From the IMG/VR virus record IMGVR_UViG_2687453284_000002, positions 1,700 to 65,699 of that record: a DNA stretch of 64,000 nucleotides; one strand, 5' to 3'. Below, in pieces: positions 9,122 to 17,798 of the stretch. The notes beneath the pieces were generated by a model, which was given only the letters and a program-made list of their open reading frames with translations, was not told the DNA's origin and searched no databases. The position numbers and the translations under genes were made by a program. Each line of letters opens with the position of its first letter. Positions within the stretch are counted from its first letter, which is position 1. Source of the DNA: a virus. Its lineage: Duplodnaviria > Caudoviricetes.

Positions 9122-10732
9122 TTAGGCGGCGGCGTCGAAGGACGAGAAGTCGAGTTCGCAGAGCCAACCGATCACCTCGGCCTCGGTGGCCTCGAAGTGG
9201 CTGACCAGGGCGCTGATGATCTCGGCGTCCGTCGGGCGCGACGGTGGCTGCGGGCGGCGTGCCATTTGCATAACGGGCGCGCCGCGCTGCGCCGAACCCA
9301 TAGGGACGCGTGCAGCCGTTGGGGTGGGCCGAGTCGGGGTAGGGGCGGGCGCTGGTGCGGGCGCCTGGGCAGCAGCCTTCTCTGCCGCGGCTTTCTCGGC
9401 GGCTTCGCGCTCCAGCTTCTGCTGCTCTTCCTTTCGGATGCGCTCGCGATCGGCTTCCTCGTCGGCCTTGTGCTTGTCGATCCGGCTCGACACCACCAGG
9501 CGCAGGTCGTCCAGTTGCTTCGTTGCCAGGGCAACGCGGTCGGCGAACAGGAACTCGTAGCCGACGATTTCCTTGTCGAGGAAGGCGACGTTTGAGCGGA
9601 TGCGCTTCGCCGACGCATCGGCTTCGATCTTGGCGTTGGCCAACAGCGTATCGACGGCATCCTGAATGCTCGATACCGAGCGCTTGCCCTTGGCCGCTCC
9701 AGCGAAGTCGGGTATGCCGAGATCCACCCAGGCGCCCCCGGTCTCAGCTTTCAGCGACTGGATGTGCTTGGCATACGTATCGCGGCCGCCACGGATGATG
9801 GATTCCTTCACTTCGACCTTGCGACGCGTCACCAGCTTGTCCAGGTCGAGACGTACGCGGCGGGCCTCGGCGCTGATGTCGTCGATAGTGCGGAACAGCT
9901 CGTCGATGCTCGCCGTCTGCGACAGCGCATGCTGTTTGGCGGCGGCCAGACGTTCCTCGACCATGCCGCACCACTTCACCGTCTTCTCGGCGTCGGCAAA
10001 GTCCTGATCGCTCGACAGGTCCTTGTTGATGCCGGCAAACACGGCGAGGGCGTGCTCGCGGTAATCCCGGAGGTTGCTGGCCGTCACGTGGCCGGTCACC
10101 TCGACCAGCAGGGCGGGCAGGGTCTCGGGGGTACGGCCGAGCGGCTTCACTTCGACGGCCTGAGGCACGTACTCGGCCAGATCCTTCTCGAACTGCTCCC
10201 AGCCGGCGCGGATGCGATCGAACCAATCCGAGTCGGGCGTGACCTCGGAGTCCACCATGTTCTCGCGAGTGCCGTCCGACACGACGAAGATGACGCGCTT
10301 GGCGCCGGTCACCATCAGGATCTGCTGGCACTGGGGCATGTGGCTGTCTGGCACGATCCCGTCGGCCACGCTGGCGGCGAGGTCGGCATTCCACTGCTTG
10401 TGCTCGAATGCCGTCTCGCCGTCCATGGTCAGGCCGTCGCACGAAGCGGAAATGCGGCCATCGGAGCAGGTGACGGGGTACAGATCCTCACCAAGGTCTT
10501 CTTCGACCAGCGGTCGGGCAAGCGCCTCGACCTGGTGGCCGTGGTCAAGGATGCGCTCCTGCACGAAGTCGCTGAATTCCTTCGGCGTACCAGTGTGCTT
10601 GATGTGCAGCAGCTCGGTGCGCTTCATGTATGGCGACAGGCCGAGCATGGCGGCTGCCTCGCTCGCGCCGTGGTACGAGAGGCGGAAGTGTTGCCATTCG
10701 GTGGTGCCTTGCACCAGGTTCTGGATCTGCAT
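9122..10732 (-). CDS. YqaJ-like viral recombination exonuclease with coiled-coil C-terminus
   Basis: QGTTEW..FR....ASEAAAMLGLSPY, GHQVE..AR, ASCDG, FEHK, QCQQ. Confidence 0.92.
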   Translation of the reverse strand: MQIQNLVQGTTEWQHFRLSYHGASEAAAMLGLSPYMKRTELLHIKHTGTPKEFSDFVQERILDHGHQVEALARPLVEEDLGEDLYPVTCSDGRISASCDGLTMDGETAFEHKQWNADLAASVADGIVPDSHMPQCQQILMVTGAKRVIFVVSDGTRENMVDSEVTPDSDWFDRIRAGWEQFEKDLAEYVPQAVEVKPLGRTPETLPALLVEVTGHVTASNLRDYREHALAVFAGINKDLSSDQDFADAEKTVKWCGMVEERLAAAKQHALSQTASIDELFRTIDDISAEARRVRLDLDKLVTRRKVEVKESIIRGGRDTYAKHIQSLKAETGGAWVDLGIPDFAGAAKGKRSVSSIQDAVDTLLANAKIEADASAKRIRSNVAFLDKEIVGYEFLFADRVALATKQLDDLRLVVSSRIDKHKADEEADRERIRKEEQQKLEREAAEKAAAEKAAAQAPAPAPAPTPTRPTPTAARVPMGSAQRGAPVMQMARRPQPPSRPTDAEIISALVSHFEATEAEVIGWLCELDFSSFDAAA

Positions 10733-11689
10733 TTAGTTGTCCTCTGCGGCGGGGGCGGCCCACGATGCGATTTCCATCTTCTGGTCGTCGCTCAGGGTTT
10801 CCTTGGTTTCGATCATGGCGATGACCTCGTTGACGGTCTTCTGTGCGGACTCTATGGCCTTCTTCCAGCCGCCTTTCTTCTTTTCGAATGCCTCCGGGGT
10901 GCATGCCGGCTTTTTGGCATCGGCGCGCGGTGCCTGGCCTTCAGCGGCCGGCGCGGCGTTTCGGACCTCGCCGGTGAAGACGTCCTCAGCAGTGGCCTCG
11001 CCTTCCTTCAGCGAAGTAGTGATGCCGAAGAGGGTGGTCAGATGCTCGACGGTGATGTCTTCCTGACCAGCCACGCCCAGGAACGCGAAGACCTTCTCGG
11101 GCGAGACACCGTAGCGCTGCAACACCGACAGGGCGCGCGCGCGGCGGTTGGCCAGGGTCTGCACGTTACCGATCGCGGTTTCACGCGCTTGCTCGTACAT
11201 GTCCGACCAGAACGCCTTCGGAACGCCTTTCAGGATGGCGTTGCGCAGCGCGATCGAGCATGCAGCGTTGGCTGTCACGCCGATCATGTCGGGCTTGTAG
11301 CGCTTGCCGTTCTTGTCGGTAATGCGGCGCTGAACTTCGTACGTGATGGCGACGTTGCGCTCCAGGTCATGGAATACGCCTTGCGCGGTCACGAACTCGC
11401 CCTGGTCGTTGATGACGCGAGCGCCAGCGCGGCTGTTTCCCCATGCGGAGGCGACGACCTCGGCGAAGCGCGCGCTCGGCCCTTCGATGGTCTTGCCATC
11501 CCGCGGCAACGCGTAGATGCACTCTTGCGCGATGTTCTCGTTCAAGGTGACCATCGCCAAAGCCTCATCGCGGAAGCGCTTGATGCTGCGCGGAAACTTG
11601 TGTGCCGTCGCGATCTGCATGTCGATCTCGCTCTTGTTGAGCAGCGCGGCCGTGCCGGATTCGGCGGTGACGAGTTCTAGTTCGCTCAC
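10733..11689 (-). CDS. Putative single-strand annealing protein (recombinase partner of YqaJ)
   Basis: Abuts YqaJ; QIATAHKFPRS...YALPRDGKTIEGPSARFAE motif; function inferred from position. Confidence 0.7.
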   Translation of the reverse strand: MSELELVTAESGTAALLNKSEIDMQIATAHKFPRSIKRFRDEALAMVTLNENIAQECIYALPRDGKTIEGPSARFAEVVASAWGNSRAGARVINDQGEFVTAQGVFHDLERNVAITYEVQRRITDKNGKRYKPDMIGVTANAACSIALRNAILKGVPKAFWSDMYEQARETAIGNVQTLANRRARALSVLQRYGVSPEKVFAFLGVAGQEDITVEHLTTLFGITTSLKEGEATAEDVFTGEVRNAAPAAEGQAPRADAKKPACTPEAFEKKKGGWKKAIESAQKTVNEVIAMIETKETLSDDQKMEIASWAAPAAEDN

Positions 11690-11726
11690 GGTATTTCCTT
11701 GGAGTGGGGCGGATGGCTGAAACGGA

Positions 11727-11999
11727 TCAGACGGCCGGGGCAGCCTCGACCTTCACGTACGGGTATTTCTTGTCGTACGGCTTGATTTGCTTGTGGAAGT
11801 GCGAGCCAATCGATTCGGCATCGCGCAGCGCGACGAAGTCCTCAGCGGTGAAGTTGCTGTAGTGGTAGAGGCTGGTGGCCTCGCCCTTGTAGTTCTTAAA
11901 GCGGACGGCCAGGGTGTTGGTCTCCGCGTCGTGACCGATGCTGTGAATCTTTGACGAATCGACCGGCTGCATGCCGATCGCGGGTGCGGTGGTTTCCAT
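11727..11999 (-). CDS. KTSC domain protein
   Basis: MQPVDSSKIHSIGHD...LAVRF...YHY..F......AESIGSHFHKQIK. Confidence 0.9.
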   Translation of the reverse strand: METTAPAIGMQPVDSSKIHSIGHDAETNTLAVRFKNYKGEATSLYHYSNFTAEDFVALRDAESIGSHFHKQIKPYDKKYPYVKVEAAPAV

Positions 12000-12022
12000 G
12001 ATGGTCTCCAGGTGCGAAAGGG

Positions 12023-12169
12023 TTAGAACAGGGCGCCGGCGCGGATGGCGACAGCGAAAAACCAGACGACGGGCGCAGCGATGCAGAAGCCGGCCGCACA
12101 GGCGTATTCGATTGAGCGCTTACGCTTTGCCAACGCCAGCAGCTGATTGGTGTTGGGGTCGTAGGTCAT
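12023..12169 (-). CDS. Small membrane protein (48 aa)
   Basis: Manual translation MTYDPNTNQLLALAKRKRSIEYACAAGFCIAAPVVWFFAVAIRAGALF; ATGA coupling. Confidence 0.6.
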   Translation of the reverse strand: MTYDPNTNQLLALAKRKRSIEYACAAGFCIAAPVVWFFAVAIRAGALF

Positions 12170-12300
12170 ACGAGTCCGAGCGCCTGAAGCGCGTTGGCCA
12201 GCAGCAGGATGCCGATCGCCGTCCAGGTTGCGGTACGCAGGCGCGAGATGTTGCGGGCCTGGCGCTCGCGCAGCTTGTTGAAGTCGTCGATGTCGATCAC
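12166..12300 (-). CDS. Small membrane protein (44 aa)
   Basis: GTGA coupling; C-terminal hydrophobic helix TAIGILLLANALQALGLV. Confidence 0.6.
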   Translation of the reverse strand: MIDIDDFNKLRERQARNISRLRTATWTAIGILLLANALQALGLV

Positions 12301-12533
12301 GATTGCGGCTCCTTGCGCTTCTCCACGACGGTCGCGACGTTGAGTGCCGTCTCCATCAGGATCTTCGTGGTGCGCTCCAGGCCAGCCACGCACTCGATGC
12401 CGAGCGCGGCTTTGCTGATCAGCATGATCAAGGCCTGCCGCACCATGTCGCGATCGCCATAGGCGCCTAATTCGCGCACGTACTGACCGATCAGCTGATC
12501 TGCCTTTTCTGCTGCGATTTGGGGGGTCATCAC
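12297..12533 (-). CDS. Hypothetical protein
   Basis: Overlapping start/stop coupling on both sides. Confidence 0.65.
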   Translation of the reverse strand: MMTPQIAAEKADQLIGQYVRELGAYGDRDMVRQALIMLISKAALGIECVAGLERTTKILMETALNVATVVEKRKEPQS

Positions 12534-12865
12534 GATTGGTCTCCGCAGGCTTTGGCGAGGGCGGCACGCAACTTGAACAAAGCAATAGCCTCCGGATCGG
12601 TGGAGGACTCCAGCCATCCACCCTTTGCCAACACCGCTTCAGCTGCCGTTGCGGCGTCCACGAGATCAGGCGCGGCCTGGATCAGCAGGAGATTCGCGTT
12701 GCTTTCCGCCAGGGTCTTCTTAGGGTCGGAGCACAGAAATCCCCAGCCGATGTATTCCGCATCGACGATCGTGTGAACCGCGTTGTTGTTCGGGTCGGGA
12801 TCAGTCGGCCGCAGCTTGTAGCCGTCCCACTGCCACGGCCCCGGTGTGAACTTGGCTTCCATCAC
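12530..12865 (-). CDS. Hypothetical phage protein
   Basis: KFTPGPW...ANLLLIQAAPDL motif common in phage early genes. Confidence 0.8.
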   Translation of the reverse strand: MMEAKFTPGPWQWDGYKLRPTDPDPNNNAVHTIVDAEYIGWGFLCSDPKKTLAESNANLLLIQAAPDLVDAATAAEAVLAKGGWLESSTDPEAIALFKLRAALAKACGDQS

Positions 12866-13095
12866 GCAGCCTTCGAGACTTGTTGGACTTCAGCGGCTTC
12901 CTCGGCCACGACTTCGCGGAGCAGCTGCTCGGCGTAGGAAACGACTTGGGTCTTGTCGATCGAGCCCCAGGCCACGCGCTTCTCCGCTGCAGCGATGTAG
13001 TTGCGCAGCAGTAGGGCGGCCTTACGTCCGAGCGCCAACTGATTGAGAAACGCGCGCTCTGCGGCTGTGCCGTAAGAGAGTTCCGTGGTGTTCAT
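12862..13095 (-). CDS. Hypothetical protein
   Basis: AAGGAG SD before ATG 13095; coupled. Confidence 0.7.
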   Translation of the reverse strand: MNTTELSYGTAAERAFLNQLALGRKAALLLRNYIAAAEKRVAWGSIDKTQVVSYAEQLLREVVAEEAAEVQQVSKAA

Positions 13096-13265
13096 GCTTG
13101 CTCCTTGGCGCGGGAGAGTACTGCTTTTGCGGTGCGGTACAGGCTGGTCTGCTGCACGCCTTTGCCGCGCATGTCGTCGCACTGGACATAGCGCTCGACC
13201 ACCTCCGCTAGTTCTCGAATCAGCTTGTCCCGATCGGTTTGAGATAGAGATTGATCGCAGGTCAT
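13092..13265 (-). CDS. Small hypothetical protein (57 aa)
   Basis: Manual translation MTCDQSLSQTDRDKLIRELAEVVERYVQC...; ATGA overlaps at both ends. Confidence 0.6.
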   Translation of the reverse strand: MTCDQSLSQTDRDKLIRELAEVVERYVQCDDMRGKGVQQTSLYRTAKAVLSRAKEQA

Positions 13266-13561
13266 GCCGCAGCCCTTCCGCCCTCAGTCAGCGATTCCAC
13301 GGCGTCGGCTTCGAGCTGCTCGATGAACGCCTTGGAGAAGATGTCCTGCATGGGGGCGGACTCGCTGCCGTCGTCGTTGATCAGCCGGATGTCGCTGGCC
13401 TCGAACATCGGCGTCTGGCCGATGCCGGGCGTGCTGAATTCGCCGGTGACCGACCAGAACAGGCCGGCGGTCATGACCACAGTGCTGACTTCGTCTGCGC
13501 GCAGCTGCCGACGGGGGCAGATGCGAGTGGGTGGGATCGGGGAGGGCATTGCGAGCTCCAT
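13262..13561 (-). CDS. First gene of the PL operon, hypothetical
   Basis: 99 aa; GAAGG SD; follows the long PL leader. Confidence 0.65.
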   Translation of the reverse strand: MELAMPSPIPPTRICPRRQLRADEVSTVVMTAGLFWSVTGEFSTPGIGQTPMFEASDIRLINDDGSESAPMQDIFSKAFIEQLEADAVESLTEGGRAAA

Positions 13562-13840
13562 CGGGGTTACCTTCGACGAAGCCGGGATTCAGGGGAGGGC
13601 GCGACAGTTCTGCTATGCTCGCCGAGCCGACGAGCACTCAGCTCCCGGACGCGGTTGAGTGCCGCGTAACGGTGATCCTCGAAAACATCTGGCGGTACCG
13701 GATGGATGTCCGGCAGGGCGCAAGCCCGTGCACCAGTTGCCGTAGGGGTGAGCCGCTGCGGGTCGCTATCCTAGGCGGCGATCCGCAAGCCAACCCTAAA
13801 CCAGTTGGCAGCGCTGCCAGCGAAGACAGGGCCACTCGCC

Positions 13841-13924
13841 ATGTTGGAACTGACGGTAAAACTGAAGCTCAGCGGCAAGCAACTCCAAGCTCTAATCGGA
13901 TTGCTCATGCTGTTCTTCAGCTAG
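13841..13924 (+). CDS. 27-aa hydrophobic peptide (candidate type I toxin or exclusion peptide)
   Basis: MLELTVKLKLSGKQLQALIGLLMLFFS; extended -10 TGCTATGCT at 13611-13619 upstream; hairpin at 13931-13951 downstream. Confidence 0.5.
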   Translation: MLELTVKLKLSGKQLQALIGLLMLFFS

Positions 13925-14033
13925 TTGTACCCCGGCCCCTTTGGGGCTGGGCTCTCGCTGGCGGGCCGGTGGTCACGACACCGGCCCGTCGTCACAAGCA
14001 CGCATCCCTGCGCGCCCTCTCCTGAATCCCGAC

Positions 14034-14047
14034 TTGTCAAAGAACGC
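14034..14047 (-). promoter_or_regulatory. boxA-like antitermination element in the PL leader
   Basis: GCGTTCTTTGACAA compared with the consensus (C/T)GCTCTTTAACA; preceded by a hairpin. Confidence 0.6.
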
Positions 14048-14090
14048 TCACCTGGCACGGCTTCGTGCTGCTCGGTGAGTTGATGGAGTT

Positions 14091-14145
14091 ATTACACCAA
14101 ACGGTGAATAGATCGTCAACACCAAACGGTGAATGAATGGTGAAT
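14091..14145 (-). promoter_or_regulatory. PL promoter with OL operators
   Basis: TTGACG-17-TGTAAT; two copies of ACACCAAACGGTGAA, matching the copies at OR. Confidence 0.85.
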
Positions 14146-14161
14146 TGTGACTAATGTCACA
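14146..14161. promoter_or_regulatory. CRP-type box
   Basis: TGTGA-ctaatg-TCACA, perfect core. Confidence 0.55.
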
Positions 14162-14292
14162 ATGTTCGCCCACGTCCAAGGAGAAGGCGCTGCCGCACAA
14201 CGTGCCTAGTGCCGAGAAGGGGGAGTGGCGGAACAAGCGAAGCTACGGTCGGTATCGTCTAAACTGGCTCGACGCAATAGACAGGAGCCGCT

Positions 14293-14505
14293 ATGGATCC
14301 CGCAGACGTGATCGCCGCCTTCCAGCAGCTGGCGCTGGACGAGGAACTGGAACTAGATGTGGATGACGCTGTGGCCGGCCTGGCGCAGATCCTGGCCGAC
14401 GAGCGGATGCCGGAGGAGGTTAGGGTGGCGCTGGAGATGGTGGGTGCTACGCTCTACCGGGTGGGGTTGGAGCGGCGGATGGGGCCGGTGGGTGAGGAGG
14501 GGTAG
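14293..14505 (+). CDS. Small acidic hypothetical protein
   Basis: CAGGAG SD; 70 aa. Confidence 0.7.
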   Translation: MDPADVIAAFQQLALDEELELDVDDAVAGLAQILADERMPEEVRVALEMVGATLYRVGLERRMGPVGEEG

Positions 14506-14585
14506 GACTTGACCACCACGGGCAAGTCCTTTCGCTACAAGGGTTGGCGGGGAAGCGGCCACCAAACCACCAGGGCGAGGGCGTG

Positions 14586-14608
14586 AAAAAGCCCGCTAGG
14601 GGCGGGCT
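14586..14608 (-). terminator. Intrinsic terminator
   Basis: AGCCCGC-loop-GCGGGCT followed by a U-tract on the minus strand. Confidence 0.75.
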
Positions 14609-14631
14609 GATCAATGGGCGTTCGGACTGGC

Positions 14632-15033
14632 CTATTTCTTGGCGGGTGTCTGCGGCGCTTGGCCGGGCACGTTGATGATGATGGGTGGCTGCGTCGCCAC
14701 TTGAGCCGCAGGCGCGGAGGGTGGCTTGCTCGCGTTCCAGATGGTGAACATCAAGCCAAGGATACCGAGAACGAAGGTCCCGAACATGCCAAGCGTTGCT
14801 GTATGAGTCCAGCGATTGTTCTCGGCTATGGCCTTGTTGATGTCGGCGCGGATCTCCGCAACGTCTGCCTTGGTGGCGTAGTTTGCGCGCATGACTGCCA
14901 CGTCCTGCTGGAGGGCGGCCATGGTGTCTTCGAGGGCTTTGACGCGGGGTTCCATAGCCTCAGTATAAGGAGGTTCTCCGCCGCCAGGAGGAACTTCGAA
15001 CTCGCGGCGGGTAACCATGTCAGTTACCGCCAT
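14632..15033 (-). CDS. Coiled-coil membrane-anchored protein (DUF1640/XhlA-like)
   Basis: MEPRVKALE...YATKADVAEIRADI followed by a TM helix; start uncertain. Confidence 0.7.
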   Translation of the reverse strand: MAVTDMVTRREFEVPPGGGEPPYTEAMEPRVKALEDTMAALQQDVAVMRANYATKADVAEIRADINKAIAENNRWTHTATLGMFGTFVLGILGLMFTIWNASKPPSAPAAQVATQPPIIINVPGQAPQTPAKK

Positions 15034-15298
15034 AGATGAACTTTCGGAAGGTTTCCGGTAGGAAGTGTGCAACGAAGCCACATGTCAGGCATGTCAGCCC
15101 AGACACTGGCGTATGGCGCGACTCAGGGGAGCTGTCGGGCGAGAACATGCGCTGCCAGCCTATGGTCAGGCGGAAGTCCTTACCGGATATCGCTGACCAG
15201 TTCTCGTGGTGGCACATCGGACACACGAATTTCGTGGCCCTTCTTGCAAGGGCGGCCTCTATATCCGAGGCCGACGGGAAGGCACTCTGCTCTGCCAT
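15020..15298 (-). CDS. Zn-ribbon hypothetical protein
   Basis: CPMC...CLTCG. Confidence 0.7.
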   Translation of the reverse strand: MAEQSAFPSASDIEAALARRATKFVCPMCHHENWSAISGKDFRLTIGWQRMFSPDSSPESRHTPVSGLTCLTCGFVAHFLPETFRKFIYGGN

Positions 15299-15329
15299 TT
15301 CAACGTTTCCAAGCTAGGGACGGAGCGCT

Positions 15330-15518
15330 CTACCGGAGCAGCAGCACATCGGCCGTGGCGCCTTTCTGGAGGTCGGTACTAGACCGAATCTCCAGCACCT
15401 CAATGTATTCCAGACAAACATCGTCCATGTGACCGCGCACGGCAAAGGTCACTGGCATTTCGCCTTTGCCGGCTTCCATCAATTGATCCAGGGCGTCGCG
15501 CAGTTCCGAGATCGTCAT
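15330..15518 (-). CDS. Small hypothetical protein
   Basis: MTISELRDALDQL...GEMPV, a common phage mini-protein start. Confidence 0.65.
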   Translation of the reverse strand: MTISELRDALDQLMEAGKGEMPVTFAVRGHMDDVCLEYIEVLEIRSSTDLQKGATADVLLLR

Positions 15519-15567
15519 GGTTCGTTAAGCTGTTTGGTGCGCCCGCCAAAGCGGGCTTGTCGCGGGG

Positions 15568-16557
15568 TTATCCCAGCCAGGTGATGTACTCAATTCCGTT
15601 CTGCATCTGGCCCAGCAGTTGCACATGGTTTTCCTGGCTATCCGCGAAATCGGCCAGCACCACATCACGACCCTTAGCGCCAGAGTCGATCTGCTGCACA
15701 TAGAAGTCGAGTCCGGCTTGGTCCGGCGCGCGGTTCAGGATGTTGTCGTACAGCTCCGTCACGAACTCGGTAGTCGTCGGATTGGCCCCATAGAGGCCTC
15801 GGAACTCGTCGGAGTTGATGAAGTTGGCTGCGACCTCAACTGTGCTCATGCCGCCATCGAGCTTGCTGATCCAGAAGCCGAGGCCAACCTGGTCGGGTGA
15901 GCGGTCGAAAGCTGCCTTGTAGAGGCGAAATGCGTCGCCGGCAGAATCCTCGAAGTCGAAGGCAAGGCGCTTATCGGAAAAAATGATCCGCTCAATGCCA
16001 TTCACATAGTAGTTTAATGCGGGCGTGTAAATAACGCGTTCACTCCCCTCCCAAGTAACCAGGCAGTCTTTGATTGGCTCGAGAATGACGTAGCTATCAC
16101 GGCCAGTGCTGCTGGGCGGCCGATGGAATGGATTCGGCTCAGCATATATCAGCACGTTGTAGAAGGTTGGCGTGAAGTCGTTTGTTGTGGAAACTGATAG
16201 CGAAAGCGTTGTCTCCTTTGTAAATGTCAGATACCCACTTCCAGATGCCTGAGATGTATCGCCTGTCTGATATTTGTAATCGTAATAGACTCCTCCTGTG
16301 GCAGTGTCAAAGATCTTCATTTCCAAGTTGCCAGGCCCGGCGAACTCAAATTCGTAATTTACCCCCGGCTTCACAGTTACCGAGTAAGTGTCGCTGCTCG
16401 GAGTCGGACCGGTGTCACGGTAATAGTTGAGGGTGCCGCTGACTACTGCGTCGCGTGTGTACCTGTAGCCATCTGGCGTAATGCGGATCTGGCCGTCTGT
16501 AGCTGGGAATACTACGGGCAATTCAGGGTTGAAATAAATCGGCTTGCTTGCTGGCAT
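15568..16557 (-). CDS. DUF4214 (S-layer/RsaA-N-like) domain protein, moron
   Basis: RLYKAAFDRSPDQVGLGFW and LYDNILNRAPDQAGLDFY repeats; IERIIFSD motif; lower GC; own SD. Confidence 0.88.
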   Translation of the reverse strand: MPASKPIYFNPELPVVFPATDGQIRITPDGYRYTRDAVVSGTLNYYRDTGPTPSSDTYSVTVKPGVNYEFEFAGPGNLEMKIFDTATGGVYYDYKYQTGDTSQASGSGYLTFTKETTLSLSVSTTNDFTPTFYNVLIYAEPNPFHRPPSSTGRDSYVILEPIKDCLVTWEGSERVIYTPALNYYVNGIERIIFSDKRLAFDFEDSAGDAFRLYKAAFDRSPDQVGLGFWISKLDGGMSTVEVAANFINSDEFRGLYGANPTTTEFVTELYDNILNRAPDQAGLDFYVQQIDSGAKGRDVVLADFADSQENHVQLLGQMQNGIEYITWLG

Positions 16558-16588
16558 GTCCCGTTCCTCTCTTGTGGTAGGTCGGGAA

Positions 16589-16631
16589 ACCCTAGCAAAG
16601 GCCGGCGCTGGGCGCAGTGATGAATCTCACA
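16589..16631 (-). promoter_or_regulatory. Class II CRP-type promoter of the DUF4214 gene
   Basis: TGTGA-gattca-TCACT centred 41.5 bp upstream of the predicted +1; extended -10 TGcTAGGGT. Confidence 0.6.
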
Positions 16632-16668
16632 AGTCGTTGAATAACGAACTGGTGCAAGGGGGGATAAC

Positions 16669-16690
16669 AAAAAGGCCGCTCTAGGCGGCC
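16669..16690 (-). terminator. Intrinsic terminator after the P63C gene
   Basis: GGCCGC-ctaga-GCGGCC followed by TTTTT. Confidence 0.8.
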
Positions 16691-16705
16691 ACTGAACTCT
16701 TGGTC

Positions 16706-17749
16706 TCAGTTGAAAGGCAAATTCAGCTGATTCCCGTCAAGGCGCGGGTAGCCTCGTTCGAGAGCGACCCTGAAATCTTGCCAGGTATCGGAGATCCGCA
16801 GGAGAAGCATCACGCCCTCCAAGTGCCGTTCGAGCGCGGGGTGCCCAACTTCCTCCGTAAGCCATTGGTGATGCTTGGCCTTCCTATACCCTTTCTCGGT
16901 CCTGGGATTCTTTCGTTCGAGCTCTTCCAGGATGCCAGGTGCGATGCGTGCGTAAACAATATTCTTGGTGTAGCCTGCGACGATGCCTGGGCGGCGAAGA
17001 CTATCCCATTTCCATCCGCGCAGTCGGAAAATCTCTCGATAGAAGTTGTCCGGGAATCGCTTGGCCCAGGCAGCCAGTTCCTTTCTGAGGTACTGGTCAA
17101 GAATCGCCTGCAGAGCCAGGCGGTCGCGCACCTCTTGGTAACCGGTGGCTTCATCGACGAGCGCAACCACGCCGACCTGAGCCAACGCACGCATCAAGAT
17201 TTCAGCTCTTTGCGCAACTGCGAGTTGCGGTCTCATCCGTAGCGCTCCGGCTTCCCTAGCCTTGAGCCATACATCGCAAATCTTGGGTAGCGCTGTTGCT
17301 TCAACACCGTGAGCCACCCCACCGCCAGCTCCGCGATAAAGGATTGGATCCGTTACCAGCAGCAGCAAGTCATTGGAAATAAAGGGATTTATCGCCTTTG
17401 ATGATAGAAAAAAGGGTAGTTTCCCACCGCCGTCGGAATCACTTTCCTGTCGACTCCAATCAGATCCACCGTATGACCTGCCCAGGGCTTTACCGACGCC
17501 TCGCTGGGAAAGGACTCGCCGGCCGTCCGGTAGTACGGCACATGGAATTCGAAGGTTACCTATCGCCAATTCCCCGATGTGGGTTGCCTTCGGCACAGCC
17601 CCCCATCGGGCTGCCGCTCCCTTCTGGGCAATCGTCTTCCTTTCTTCCGGCGACAACGCTTCCGCCCTGGCTTTCGCTCCCTTCGCACGACCCGTAGGTT
17701 CACCCATGATTGTCATCTTGAGGTTGGATGCTGGCATCGTATCCGTCAT
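16706..17749 (-). CDS. P63C domain protein (Mx8 p63 C-terminal family)
   Basis: CAVLPDGRRVLSQRG, VGVVALVDEATGYQ, WAKRFPDNFY, KHHQWLT; N-terminal ARAEALSPEERKTIA..AAARW. Confidence 0.88.
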   Translation of the reverse strand: MTDTMPASNLKMTIMGEPTGRAKGAKARAEALSPEERKTIAQKGAAARWGAVPKATHIGELAIGNLRIPCAVLPDGRRVLSQRGVGKALGRSYGGSDWSRQESDSDGGGKLPFFLSSKAINPFISNDLLLLVTDPILYRGAGGGVAHGVEATALPKICDVWLKAREAGALRMRPQLAVAQRAEILMRALAQVGVVALVDEATGYQEVRDRLALQAILDQYLRKELAAWAKRFPDNFYREIFRLRGWKWDSLRRPGIVAGYTKNIVYARIAPGILEELERKNPRTEKGYRKAKHHQWLTEEVGHPALERHLEGVMLLLRISDTWQDFRVALERGYPRLDGNQLNLPFN

Positions 17750-17757
17750 TTAGTGGA

Positions 17758-17798
17758 TTTGCAAGCATACTAAGGTAGAGTGCTAGGATGCTTGCAAA
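17758..17798. promoter_or_regulatory. 11-bp inverted repeat upstream of P63C, probable autoregulatory operator
   Basis: TTTGCAAGCAT-N19-ATGCTTGCAAA. Confidence 0.55.

Noticed and set aside
9764-11680. 638-aa plus-strand ORF
   Set aside because: In-register antisense shadow of the yqaJ and annealase genes, with no motifs
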